Shown: in pieces, positions 27,051 through 41,100 of the stretch
Layout of the letters: each line of letters opens with the position of its first letter
Numbering within the stretch: position 1 is the stretch's first letter
Source of the DNA: Eledone cirrhosa
Taxonomy: Eukaryota
Reading direction: 5' to 3'
NCBI GenBank assembly: GCA_964016885.1
Contig: OZ024758.1
Location: 34,100,001-34,164,000 of the forward strand
DNA length: 64,000 nt
The notes under the pieces: model-generated
The model's input: only the letters and a program-made list of their open reading frames with translations
Told to the model about the DNA's origin: nothing
The model's database searches: none
Made by a program: the position numbers and the translations under genes

Positions 27051-28063
27051 TGTTGGTGAGAATTCATTTAAGTTCATGGTACTAGCTGTCAGAAGTAACT
27101 CCACTGTTGGTGAGAATTCATTTAAGTTCATGGTATTAGTTTGTCAGAAGTAACTCCACTGTTGGTGAGAATTCATTTAAGTCATGGTATTAGTTGTCAG
27201 AAGTAACTCCAATGTTGCTGAGAATTCATTTAAGTTCATGGTATTAGCTGTCAGAAGTAACTCCACTGTTGGTGAGAATTCATTTAAGTTCATGGTATTA
27301 GCTGTCAGAAGTAACTCCACTGTTGGTGAGAATTCATTTAAGTCATGGTATTAGCTGTCAGAAGTAACTCCATTGTTGGTGAGAATTCATTTAAGTCATG
27401 GTATTAGTTGTCAGAAGTAACTCCAATGTTGGTGAGAATTCATTTAAGTCATGGTACTAGCTGTCAGAAGTAACTCCAATGTTGGTGAGAATTCATTTAA
27501 GTTCATGGTATTAGCTGTCAGAAGTAACTCCACTGTTGGTGAGAATTCATTTATGTTCATGGTATTAGCTGTCAGAAGTAACTCCACTGTTGGTGAGAAT
27601 TCATTTAAGTTCATGGTACTAGCTGTCAGAAGTAATTCCACTGTTGGTGAGAATTCATTTAAGTTCATGGTATTAGCTGTCAGAAGTAACTCCAATGTTG
27701 GTGAGAATTCATTTAAGTTCATGGTATTAGCTGTCAGAAGTAACTCCACTGTTGGTGAGAATTCATTTAAGTTCATGGTATTAGCTGTCAGAAGTAACTC
27801 CACTGTTGGTGAGAATTCATTTAAGTTCATGGTACTAGCTGTCAGAAGTAACTCCACTGTTGGTGAGAATTCATTTAAGTTCATGGTATTAGTTTGTCAG
27901 AAGTAACTCCACTGTTGGTGAGAATTCATTTAAGTCATGGTATTAGTTGTCAGAAGTAACTCCAATGTTGGTGAGAATTCATTTACGTTCATGGTATTAG
28001 CTCTCAGAAATAACTCCACTGTTGGTGAGAATTCATTTAAGTTCATGGTATTAGCTGTCAGAA

Positions 28064-28077
28064 GTAACTCGTAACTC
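28064..28077. other. 7-bp direct duplication GTAACTC-GTAACTC (out-of-register junction, 61-bp monomer)
   Basis: Sequence reads gaaGTAACTCGTAACTCcaatgttgctgag. Confidence 0.95.
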
Positions 28078-31000
28078 CAATGTTGCTGAGAATTAATTTA
28101 AGTTCATGGTACTAGCTGTCAGAAGTAACTCCACTGTTGGTGAGAATTCATTTAAGTTCATGGTACTAGCTGTCAAAAGTAACTCCACTGTTGGTGAGAA
28201 TTCATTTAAGTTCATGGTATTAGTTTGTCAGAAGTAACTCCACTGTTGGTGAGAATTCATTTAAGTCATGGTATTAGTTGTCACAAGTAACTCCAATGTT
28301 GGTGAGAATTCATTTAAGTCATGGTACTAGCTGTCAGAAGTAACTCCAATGTTGGTGAGAATTCATTTACGTTCATGGTATTAGCTCTCAGAAGTAACTC
28401 CACTGTTGGTGAGAATGCATTTAAGTTCATGGTATTAGCTGTCAGAAGTAACTCCACTGTTGGTGAGAATTCATTTAAGTTCATGGTATTAGCTGTCAGA
28501 AGTAACTCCACTGTTGGTGAGAATTCATTTAAGTTCATGGTATTAGCTGTCAGAAGGAACTCCAATGTTGGTGAGAATTCATTTAAGTCATGGTACTAGC
28601 TGTCAGAAGTAACTCCACTGTTGGTGAGAATTCATTTAAGTTCATGGTATTAGCTGTCAGAAGTAACTCCACTGTTGGTGAGAATTCATTTAAGTTCATG
28701 GTACTAGCTGTCAGAAGTAACTCCACTGTTGGTGAGAATTCATTTAAGTTCATGGTACTAGCTGTCAGAAGTAACTCCACTGTTGGTGAGAATTCATTTA
28801 AGTTCATGGTACTAGCTGTCAGAAGTAACTCCAATGTTGGTGAGAATTCATTTAAGTTCATGGTATTAGCTGTCAGAAGTAACTCCACTGTTGGTGAGAA
28901 TTCATTTAAGTTCATGGTACTAGCTGTCAGAAGTAACTCCACTGTTGGTGAGAATTCATTTAAGTTCATGGTATTAGCTGTCAGAAGTAACTCCACTGTT
29001 GGTGAGAATTCATTTAAGTTCATGGTACTAGCTGTCAGAAGTAACTCCACTGTTGGTGAGAATTCATTTAAGTTCATGGTATTAGCTGTCAGAAGTAACT
29101 CCACTGTTGGTGAGAATTCATTTAAGTTCATGGTATTAGCTGTCAGAAGTAACTCCACTGTTGGTGAGAATTCATTTAAGTTCATGGTATTAGCTGTCAG
29201 AAGGAACTCCAATGTTGGTGAGAATTCATTTAAGTCATGGTACTAGCTGTCAGAAGTAACTCCACTGTTGGTGAGAATTCATTTAAGTTCATGGTACTAG
29301 CTGTCAGAAGTAACTCCAATGTTGGTGAGAATTCATTTAAGTTCATGGTATTAGCTGTCAGAAGGAACTCCACTGTTGGTGAGAATTCATTTAAGTTCGT
29401 GGTATTAGCTGTCAGAAGTAAGTCCACTGTTGGTGAGAATTCATTTAAGTTCATGGTACTAGTTGTCAGAAGTAACTCCACTGTTGGTAAGAATTCATTT
29501 TAGTTCATGGCATTAGTTGTCAGAAGTAACTCCACTGTTGGTGAGAATTCATTTAAGTCTTGGTATTAGTTGTCAGAAGTAACTCCAATGCTGGTGAGAA
29601 TTCATTTAAGTTCATGGTACTAGCTGTCAGAAGTAACTCCACTGTTGGTGAGAATTCATTTAAGTTCATGGTATTAGCTGTCAGAAGTAACTCCACTGTT
29701 GGTGAGAATTCATTTAAGTCATGGTATTAGCTGTCAGAAGTAACTCCATTGTTGGTGAGAATTCATTTAAGTCATGGTACTAGCTGTCAGAAGTAACTCC
29801 AATGTTGATGAGAATTCATTTAAGTTCATGGTATTAGCTGTCAGAAGTAACTCCACTGTTGGTGAGAATTCATTTAAGTTCATGGTATTAGCTGTCAGAA
29901 GTAACTCCATTGTTGGTGAGAATTCATTTAAGTCATGGTACTAGCTGTCAGAAGTAACTCCACTGTTGGTGAGAATTCATTTAAGTTCATGGTACTAGCT
30001 GTCAGAAGTAACTCCACTGTTGGTGAGAATTCATTTAAGTTCATGGTACTAGCTGTCAGAAGTAACTCCACTGTTGGTGAGAATTCATTTAAGTTCATGG
30101 TACTAGCTGTCAGAAGTAACTCCACTGTTGGTGAGAATTCATTTAAGTTCATGGTATTAGTTTGTCAGAAGTAACTCCACTGTTGGTGAGAATTCATTTA
30201 AGTCATGGTATTAGTTGTCACAAGTAACTCCAATGTTGGTGAGAATTCATTTACGTTCATGGTATTAGCTCTCAGAAGTAACTCCACTGTTGGTGAGAAT
30301 GCATTTAGGTTCATGGTATTAGCTGTCAGAAGTAACTCCACTGTTGGTGAGAATTCATTTAAGTTCATGGTATTAGCTGTCAGAAGTAACTCCACTGTTG
30401 GTGAGAATTCATTTAAGTTCATGGTATTAGCTGTCAGAAGGAACTCCAATGTTGGTGAGAATTCATTTAAGTTCATGGTACTAGCTGTCAGAAGTAACTC
30501 CACTGTTGGTGAGAATTCATTTAAGTTCATGGTATTAGCTGTCAGAAGTAACTCCACTGTTGGTGAGAATTCATTTAAGTTCATGGTACTAGCTGTCAGA
30601 AGTAACTCCACTGTTGGTGAGAATTCATTTAAGTTCATGGTACTAGCTGTCAGAAGTAACTCCAATGTTGGTGAGAATTCATTTAAGTTCATGGTATTAG
30701 CTGTCAGAAGTAACTCCACTGTTGGTGAGAATTCATTTAAGTTCATGTTATTAGCTGTCAGAAGGAACGCCACTGTTGGTGAGAATTCATTTAAGTTCAT
30801 GGTATTAGCTGTCAGAAGTAACTCCACTGTTGGTGAGAATTCATTTAAGTCTTGGTATTAGTTGTCAGAAGTAACTCCAATGTTGGTGAGAATTCATTTA
30901 AGTTCATGGTACTAGCTGTCAGAAGTAACTCCACTGTTGGTGAGAATTCATTTAAGTTCATGGTATTAGCTGTCAGAAGTAACTCCACTGTTGGTGAGAA

Positions 31001-31439
31001 TTCATTTAAGTCATGGTATTAGCTCTCAGAAGTAACTCCATTGTTGGTGAGAATTCATTTAAGTCATGGTACTAGCTGTCAGAAGTAACTCCAATGTTGA
31101 TGAGAATTCATTTAAGTTCATGGTATTAGCTGTCAGAAGTAACTCCACTGTTGGTGAGAATTCATTTAAGTTCATGGTATTAGCTGTCAGAAGTAACTCC
31201 ACTGTTGGTGAGAATTCATTTAAGTTCATGGTACTAGCTGTCAGAAGTAACTCCACTGTTGGTGAGAATTCATTTAAGTTCATGGTATTAGTTTGTCAGA
31301 AGTAACTCCACTGTTGGTGAGAATTCATTTAAGTCATGGTATTAGTTGTCAGAAGTAACTCCAATGTTGCTGAGAATTAATTTAAGTTCATGGTACTAGC
31401 TGTCAGAAGTAACTCCACTGTTGGTGAGAATTCATTTAA

Positions 31440-34400
31440 GTTCATGGTACTAGCTGTCAAAAGTAACTCCACTGTTGGTGAGAATTCATTTAAGTTCATG
31501 GTATTAGTTTGTCAGAAGTAACTCCACTGTTGGTGAGAATTCATTTAAGTCATGGTATTAGTTGTCACAAGTAACTCCAATGTTGGTGAGAATTCATTTA
31601 AGTCATGGTACTAGCTGTCAGAAGTAACTCCAATGTTGGTGAGAATTCATTTACGTTCATGGTATTAGCTCTCAGAAGTAACTCCACTGTTGGTGAGAAT
31701 GCATTTAAGTTCATGGTATTAGCTGTCAGAAGTAACTCCACTGTTGGTGAGAATTCATTTAAGTTCATGGTATTAGCTGTCAGAAGTAACTCCACTGTTG
31801 GTGAGAATTCATTTAAGTTCATGGTATTAGCTGTCAGAAGGAACTCCAATGTTGGTGAGAATTCATTTAAGTCATGGTACTAGCTGTCAGAAGTAACTCC
31901 ACTGTTGGTGAGAATTCATTTAAGTTCATGGTATTAGCTGTCAGAAGTAACTCCACTGTTGGTGAGAATTCATTTAAGTTCATGGTACTAGCTGTCAGAA
32001 GTAACTCCACTGTTGGTGAGAATTCATTTAAGTTCATGGTACTAGCTGTCAGAAGTAACTCCACTGTTGGTGAGAATTCATTTAAGTTCATGGTACTAGC
32101 TGTCAGAAGTAACTCCAATGTTGGTGAGAATTCATTTAAGTTCATGGTATTAGCTGTCAGAAGTAACTCCACTGTTGGTGAGAATTCATTTAAGTTCATG
32201 GTACTAGCTGTCAGAAGTAACTCCACTGTTGGTGAGAATTCATTTAAGTTCATGGTATTAGCTGTCAGAAGTCACTCCAATGTTGGTGAGAATTCATTTA
32301 AGTTCGTGGTATTAGCTGTCAGAAGTAACTCCACTGTTGGTGAGAATTCATTTAAGTTCATGGTATTAGCTGTCAGAAGTAACTCCACTGTTGGTGAGAA
32401 TTCATTTAAGTTCATGGTATTAGCTGTCAGAAGTAACTCCACTGTTGGTGAGAATTCATTTAAGTTCATGGTATTAGCTGTCAGAAGGAACTCCAATGTT
32501 GGTGAGAATTCATTTAAGTCATGGTACTAGCTGTCAGAAGTAACTCCACTGTTGGTGAGAATTCATTTAAGTTCATGGTACTAGCTGTCAGAAGTAACTC
32601 CAATGTTGGTGAGAATTCATTTAAGTTCATGGTATTAGCTGTCAGAAGGAACTCCACTGTTGGTGAGAATTCATTTAAGTTCGTGGTATTAGCTGTCAGA
32701 AGTAAGTCCACTGTTGGTGAGAATTCATTTAAGTTCATGGTACTAGTTGTCAGAAGTAACTCCACTGTTGGTAAGAATTCATTTTAGTTCATGGTATTAG
32801 TTGTCAGAAGTAACTCCACTGTTGGTGAGAATTCATTTAAGTCTTGGTATTAGTTGTCAGAAGTAACTCCAATGCTGGTGAGAATTCATTTAAGTTTATG
32901 GTACTAGCTGTCAGAAGTAACTCCACTGTTGGTGAGAATTCATTTAAGTTCATGGTATTAGCTGTCAGAAGTAACTCCACTGTTGGTGAGAATTCATTTA
33001 AGTCATGGTATTAGCTGTCAGAAGTAACTCCATTGTTGGTGAGAATTCATTTAAGTCATGGTACTAGCTGTCAGAAGTAACTCCAATGTTGATGAGAATT
33101 CATTTAAGTTCATGGTATTAGCTGTCAGAAGTAACTCCACTGTTGGTGAGAATTCATTTAAGTTCATGGTATTAGCTGTCAGAAGTAACTCCATTGTTGG
33201 TGAGAATTCATTTAAGTCATGGTACTAGCTGTCAGAAGTAACTCCACTGTTGGTGAGAATTCATTTAAGTTCATGGTACTAGCTGTCAGAAGTAACTCCA
33301 CTGTTGGTGAGAATTCATTTAAGTTCATGGTATTAGTTTGTCAGAAGTAACTCCACTGTTGGTGAGAATTCATTTAAGTCATGGTATTAGTTGTCACAAG
33401 TAACTCCAATGTTGGTGAGAATTCATTTAAGTCATGGTACTAGCTGTCAGAAGTAACTCCAATGTTGGTGAGAATTCATTTACGTTCATGGTATTAGCTC
33501 TCAGAAGTAACTCCACTGTTGGTGAGAATGCATTTAAGTTCATGGTATTAGCTGTCAGAAGTAACTCCACTGTTGGTGAGAATTCATTTAAGTTCATGGT
33601 ATTAGCTGTCAGAAGTAACTCCACTGTTGGTGAGAATTCATTTAAGTTCATGGTATTAGCTGTCAGAAGGAACTCCAATGTTGGTGAGAATTCATTTAAG
33701 TCATGGTACTAGCTGTCAGAAGTAACTCCACTGTTGGTGAGAATTCATTTAAGTTCATGGTATTAGCTGTCAGAAGTAACTCCACTGTTGGTGAGAATTC
33801 ATTTAAGTTCATGGTACTAGCTGTCAGAAGTAACTCCACTGTTGGTGAGAATTCATTTAAGTTCATGGTACTAGCTGTCAGAAGTAACTCCACTGTTGGT
33901 GAGAATTCATTTAAGTTCATGGTACTAGCTGTCAGAAGTAACTCCAATGTTGGTGAGAATTCATTTAAGTTCATGGTATTAGCTGTCAGAAGTAACTCCA
34001 CTGTTGGTGAGAATTCATTTAAGTTCATGGTACTAGCTGTCAGAAGTAACTCCACTGTTGGTGAGAATTCATTTAAGTTCATGGTATTAGCTGTCAGAAG
34101 TCACTCCAATGTTGGTGAGAATTCATTTAAGTTCGTGGTATTAGCTGTCAGAAGTAACTCCACTGTTGGTGAGAATTCATTTAAGTTCATGGTATTAGTT
34201 GTCAGAAGTAACTCCACTGTTGGTGAGAATTCATTTAAGTTCATGGTATTAGCTGTCAGAAGTAACTCCACTGTTGGTGAGAATTCATTTAAGTTCATGG
34301 TATTAGCTGTCAGAAGGAACTCCAATGTTGGTGAGAATTCATTTAAGTCATGGTACTAGCTGTCAGAAGTAACTCCACTGTTGGTGAGAATTCATTTAAG

Positions 34401-35150
34401 TTCATGGTACTAGCTGTCAGAAGTAACTCCAATGTTGGTGAGAATTCATTTAAGTTCATGGTATTAGCTGTCAGAAGGAACTCCACTGTTGGTGAGAATT
34501 CATTTAAGTTCGTGGTATTAGCTGTCAGAAGTAAGTCCACTGTTGGTGAGAATTCATTTAAGTTCATGGTACTAGTTGTCAGAAGTAACTCCACTGTTGG
34601 TAAGAATTCATTTTAGTTCATGGTATTAGTTGTCAGAAGTAACTCCACTGTTGGTGAGAATTCATTTAAGTCTTGGTATTAGTTGTCAGAAGTAACTCCA
34701 ATGCTGGTGAGAATTCATTTAAGTTCATGGTACTAGCTGTCAGAAGTAACTCCACTGTTGGTGAGAATTCATTTAAGTTCATGGTATTAGCTGTCAGAAG
34801 TAACTCCACTGTTGGTGAGAATTCATTTAAGTCATGGTATTAGCTGTCAGAAGTAACTCCATTGTTGGTGAGAATTCATTTAAGTCATGGTACTAGCTGT
34901 CAGAAGTAACTCCAATGTTGATGAGAATTCATTTAAGTTCATGGTATTAGCTGTCAGAAGTAACTCCACTGTTGGTGAGAATTCATTTAAGTTCATGGTA
35001 TTAGCTGTCAGAAGTAACTCCATTGTTGGTGAGAATTCATTTAAGTCATGGTACTAGCTGTCAGAAGTAACTCCACTGTTGGTGAGAATTCATTTAAGTT
35101 CATGGTACTAGCTGTCAGAAGTAACTCCACTGTTGGTGAGAATTCATTTA
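31440..35150. repeat. 1,829-bp (34-monomer) tandem duplication, present only in the left copy of the large duplication
   Basis: Twins 31605/33434, 31874/33703, 32521/34350; the offset to the sister copy drops from 14,742 to 12,913 (difference 1,829). Confidence 0.88.
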
Positions 35151-38100
35151 AGTTCATGGTACTAGCTGTCAGAAGTAACTCCACTGTTGGTGAGAATTCA
35201 TTTAAGTTCATGGTACTAGCTGTCAGAAGTAACTCCACTGTTGGTGAGAATTCATTTAAGTTCATGGTATTAGTTTGTCAGAAGTAACTCCACTGTTGGT
35301 GAGAATTCATTTAAGTCATGGTATTAGTTGTCACAAGTAACTCCAATGTTGGTGAGAATTCATTTACGTTCATGGTATTAGCTCTCAGAAGTAACTCCAC
35401 TGTTGGTGAGAATGCATTTAGGTTCATGGTATTAGCTGTCAGAAGTAACTCCACTGTTGGTGAGAATTCATTTAAGTTCATGGTATTAGCTGTCAGAAGT
35501 AACTCCACTGTTGGTGAGAATTCATTTAAGTTCATGGTATTAGCTGTCAGAAGTAACTCCACTGTTGGTGAGAATTCATTTAAGTCATGGTATTAGCTGT
35601 CAGAAGTAACTCCATTGTTGGTGAGAATTCATTTAAGTCATGGTACTAGCTGTCAGAAGTAACTCCAATGTTGATGAGAATTCATTTAAGTTCATGGTAT
35701 TAGCTGTCAGAAGTAACTCCACTGTTGGTGAGAATTCATTTAAGTTCATGGTATTAGCTGTCAGAAGTAACTCCACTGTTGGTGAGAATTCATTTAAGTT
35801 CATGGTACTAGCTGTCAGAAGTAACTCCACTGTTGGTGAGAATTCATTTAAGTTCATGGTATTAGTTTGTCAGAAGTAACTCCACTGTTGGTGAGAATTC
35901 ATTTAAGTCATGGTATTAGTTGTCAGAAGTAACTCCAATGTTGCTGAGAATTCATTTAAGTTCATGGTATTAGCTGTCAGAAGTAACTCCAATGTTGGTG
36001 AGAATTCATTTAAGTTCATGGTATTAGCTGTCAGAAGTAACTCCACTGTTGGTGAGAATTCATTTAAGTCATGGTATTAGCTGTCAGAAGTAACTCCATT
36101 GTTGGTGAGAATTCATTTAAGCCATGGTACTAGCTGTCAGAAGTAACTCCACTGTTGGTGAGAATTCATTTAAGTTCATGGTACTAGCTGTCAGAAGTAA
36201 CTCCACTGTTGGTGAGAATTCATTTAAGTTCAAGGTATTAGTTTGTCAGAAGTAACTCTACTGTTGGTGAGAATTCATTTAAGTCATGGTATTAGTTGTC
36301 AGAAGTAACTCCAATGTTGGTGAGAATTCATTTAAGTCATGGTACTAGCTGTCAGAAGTAACTCCAATGTTGGTGAGAATTCATTTACGTTCATGGTATT
36401 AGCTCTCAGAAGTAACTCCACTGTTGGTGAGAATTCATTTAAGTTCATGGTATTAGCTGTCAGAAGTAACTCCACTGTTGGTGAGAATTCATTTAAGTTC
36501 ATGGTATTAGCTGTCAGAAGGAACTCCAATGTTGGTGAGAATTCATTTAAGTCATGGTACTAGCTGTCAGAAGTAACTCCACTGTTGGTGAGAATTCATT
36601 TAAGTTCATGTTATTAGCTGTCAGAAGGAACGCCACTGTTGGTGAGAATTCATTTAAGTTCATGGTATTAGCTGTCAGAAGTAACTCCACTGTTGGTGAG
36701 AATTCATTTAAGTCTTGGTATTAGTTGTCAGAAGTAACTCCAATGTTGGTGAGAATTCATTTAAGTTCATGGTACTAGCTGTCAGAAGTAACTCCACTGT
36801 TGGTGAGAATTCATTTAAGTTCATGGTATTAGCTGTCAGAAGTAACTCCACTGTTGGTGAGAATTCATTTAAGTCATGGTATTAGCTCTCAGAAGTAACT
36901 CCAATGTTGGTGAGAATTCATTTAAGTCATGGTATTAGCTGTCAGAAGTAACTCCATTGTTGGTGAGAATTCATTTAAGTCATGGTATTAGTTGTCAGAA
37001 GTAACTCCAATGTTGGTGAGAATTCATTTAAGTCATGGTACTAGCTGTCAGAAGTAACTCCAATGTTGGTGAGAATTCATTTAAGTTCATGGTATTAGCT
37101 GTCAGAAGTAACTCCACTGTTGGTGAGAATTCATTTAAGTTCATGGTATTAGCTGTCAGAAGTAACTCCACTGTTGGTGAGAATTCATTTAAGTTCATGG
37201 TACTAGCTGTCAGAAGTAACTCCACTGTTGGTGAGAATTCATTTAAGTTCATGGTATTAGCTGTCAGAAGTAACTCCAATGTTGGTGAGAATTCATTTAA
37301 GTTCATGGTATTAGCTGTCAGAAGTAACTCCACTGTTGGTGAGAATTCATTTAAGTTCAAGGTATTAGTTTGTCAGAAGTAACTCCACTGTTGGTGAGAA
37401 TTCATTTAAGTCATGGTATTAGTTGTCAGAAGTAACTCCAATGTTGGTGAGAATTCATTTAAGTCATGGTACTAGCTGTCAGAAGTAACTCCAATGTTGG
37501 TGAGAATTCATTTACGTTCATGGTATTAGCTCTCAGAAGTAACTCCACTGTTGGTGAGAATTCATTTAAGTTCATGGTATTAGCTGTCAGAAGTAACTCC
37601 ACTGTTGGTGAGAATTCATTTAAGTTCATGGTATTAGCTGTCAGAAGTAACTCCACTGTTGGTGAGAATTCATTTAAGTTCATGGTATTAGCTGTCAGAA
37701 GGAACTCCAATGTTGGTGAGAATTCATTTAAGTCATGGTACTAGCTGTCAGAAGTAACTCCACTGTTGGTGAGAATTCATTTAAGTTCATGTTATTAGCT
37801 GTCAGAAGGAACGCCACTGTTGGTGAGAATTCATTTAAGTTCATGGTATTAGCTGTCAGAAGTAACTCCACTGTTGGTGAGAATTCATTTAAGTCTTGGT
37901 ATTAGTTGTCAGAAGTAACTCCAATGTTGGTGAGAATTCATTTAAGTTCATGGTACTAGCTGTCAGAAGTAACTCCACTGTTGGTGAGAATTCATTTAAG
38001 TTCATGGTATTAGCTGTCAGAAGTAACTCCACTGTTGGTGAGAATTCATTTAAGTCATGGTATTAGTTTGTCAGAAGTAACTCCACTGTTGGTGAGAATT

Positions 38101-41100
38101 CATTTAAGTCATGGTATTAGTTGTCAGAAGTAACTCCAATGTTGGTGAGAATTCATTTAAGTCATGGTACTAGCTCTCAGAAGTAACTCCAATGTTGGTG
38201 AGAATTCATTTACGTTCATGGTATTAGCTCTCAGAAGTAACTCCACTGTTGGTGAGAATTCATTTAAGTTCATGGTATTAGCTGTCAGAAGTAACTCCAC
38301 TGTTGGTGAGAATTCATTTAAGTTCATGGTATTAGCTGTCAGAAGGAACTCCAATGTTGGTGAGAATTCATTTAAGTCATGGTACTAGCTGTCAGAAGTA
38401 ACTCCACTGTTGGTGAGAATTCATTTAAGTTCATGTTATTAGCTGTCAGAAGGAACGCCACTGTTGGTGAGAATTCATTTAAGTTCATGGTATTAGCTGT
38501 CAGAAGTAACTCCACTGTTGGTGAGAATTCATTTAAGTCTTGGTATTAGTTGTCAGAAGTAACTCCAATGTTGGTGAGAATTCATTTAAGTTCATGGTAT
38601 TAGCTGTCAGAAGTAACTCCACTGTTGGTGAGAATTCATTTAAGTTCAAGGTATTAGTTTGTCAGAAGTAACTCCACTGTTGGTGAGAATTCATTTAAGT
38701 CATGGTATTAGTTGTCAGAAGTAACTCCACTGTTGGTGAGAATTCATTTAAGTCATGGTATTAGCTGTCAGAAGTAACTCCATTGTTGGTGAGAATTCAT
38801 TTAAGTCATGGTATTAGTTGTCAGAAGTAACTCCAATGTTGGTGAGAATTCATTTAAGTCATGGTACTAGCTGTCAGAAGTAACTCCAATGTTGGTGAGA
38901 ATTCATTTAAGTTCATGGTATTACCTGTCAGAAGTAACTCCACTGTTGGTGAGAATTCATTTAAGTTCATGGTATTAGCTGTCAGAAGTAACTCCACTGT
39001 TGGTGAGAATTCATTTAAGTTCATGGTACTAGCTGTCAGAAGTAACTCCACTGTTGGTGAGAATTCATTTAAGTTCATGGTATTAGCTGTCAGAAGTAAC
39101 TCCAATGTTGGTGAGAATTCATTTAAGTTCATGGTATTAGCTGTCAGAAGTAACTCCACTGTTGGTGAGAATTCATTTAAGTTCATGGTATTAGCTGTCA
39201 GAAGTAACTCCACTGTTGGTGAGAATTCATTTAAGTTCATGGTACTAGCTGTCAGAAGTAACTCCACTGTTGGTGAGAATTCATTTAAGTTCATGGTATT
39301 AGTTTGTCAGAAGTAACTCCACTGTTGGTGAGAATTCATTTAAGTCATGGTATTAGTTGTCAGAAGTAACTCCAATGTTGGTGAGAATTCATTTAAGTCA
39401 TGGTACTAGCTGTCAGAAGTAACTCCAATGTTGGTGAGAATTCATTTACGTTCATGGTATTAGCTCTCAGAAGTAACTCCACTGTTGGTGAGAATTCATT
39501 TAAGTTCATGGTATTAGCTGTCAGAAGTAACTCCACTGTTGGTGAGAATTCATTTAAGTTCATGGTATTAGCTGTCAGAAGTAACTCCACTGTTGGTGAG
39601 AATTCATTTAAGTTCATGGTATTAGCTGTCAGAAGGAACTCCAATGTTGGTGAGAATTCATTTAAGTCATGGTACTAGCTGTCAGAAGTAACTCCACTGT
39701 TGGTGAGAATTCATTTAAGTTCATGTTATTAGCTGTCAGAAGGAACGCCACTGTTGGTGAGAATTCATTTAAGTTCATGGTATTAGCTGTCAGAAGTAAC
39801 TCCACTGTTGGTGAGAATTCATTTAAGTCTTGGTATTAGTTGTCAGAAGTAACTCCAATGTTGGTGAGAATTCATTTAAGTTCATGGTACTAGCTGTCAG
39901 AAGTAACTCCACTGTTGGTGAGAATTCATTTAAGTTCATGGTATTAGCTGTCAGAAGTAACTCCACTGTTGGTGAGAATTCATTTAAGTCATGGTATTAG
40001 CTCTCAGAAGTAACTCCATTGTTGGTGAGAATTCATTTAAGTCATGGTACTAGCTGTCAGAAGTAACTCCAATGTTGATGAGAATTCATTTAAGTTCATG
40101 GTATTAGCTGTCAGAAGTAACTCCACTGTGGTGAGAATTCATTTAAGTTCATGGTATTAGCTGTCAGAAGTAACTCCACTGTTGGTGAGAATTCATTTAA
40201 GTTCATGGTACTAGCTGTCAGAAGTAACTCCACTGTTGGTGAGAATTCATTTAAGTTCATGGTATTAGTTTGTCAGAAGTAACTCCACTGTTGGTGAGAA
40301 TTCATTTAAGTCATGGTATTAGTTGTCAGAAGTAACTCCAATGTTGCTGAGAATTCATTTAAGTTCATGGTACTAGCTGTCAGAAGTAACTCCACTGTTG
40401 GTGAGAATTCATTTAAGTTCATGGTACTAGCTGTCAGAAGTAACTCCACTGTTGGTGAGAATTCATTTAAGTTCATGGTATTAGTTTGTCAGAAGTAACT
40501 CCACTGTTGGTGAGAATTCATTTAAGTCATGGTATTAGTTGTCACAAGTAACTCCAATGTTGGTGAGAATTCATTTAAGTCATGGTACTAGCTGTCAGAA
40601 GTAACTCCAATGTTGGTGAGAATTCATTTACGTTCATGGTATTAGCTCTCAGAAGTAACTCCACTGTTGGTGAGAATGCATTTAAGTTCATGGTATTAGC
40701 TGTCAGAAGTAACTCCACTGTTGGTGAGAATTCATTTAAGTTCATGGTATTAGCTGTCAGAAGTAACTCCACTGTTGGTGAGAATTCATTTAAGTCATGG
40801 TACTAGCTGTCAGAAGTAACTCCACTGTTGGTGAGAATTCATTTAAGTTCATGTTATTAGCTGTCAGAAGGAACGCCACTGTTGGTGAGAATTCATTTAA
40901 GTTCATGGTATTAGCTGTCAGAAGTAACTCCACTGTTGGTGAGAATTCATTTAAGTCTTGGTATTAGTTGTCAGAAGTAACTCCAATGTTGGTGAGAATT
41001 CATTTAAGTTCATGGTACTAGCTGTCAGAAGTAACTCCACTGTTGGTGAGAATTCATTTAAGTTCATGGTATTAGCTGTCAGAAGTAACTCCACTGTTGG

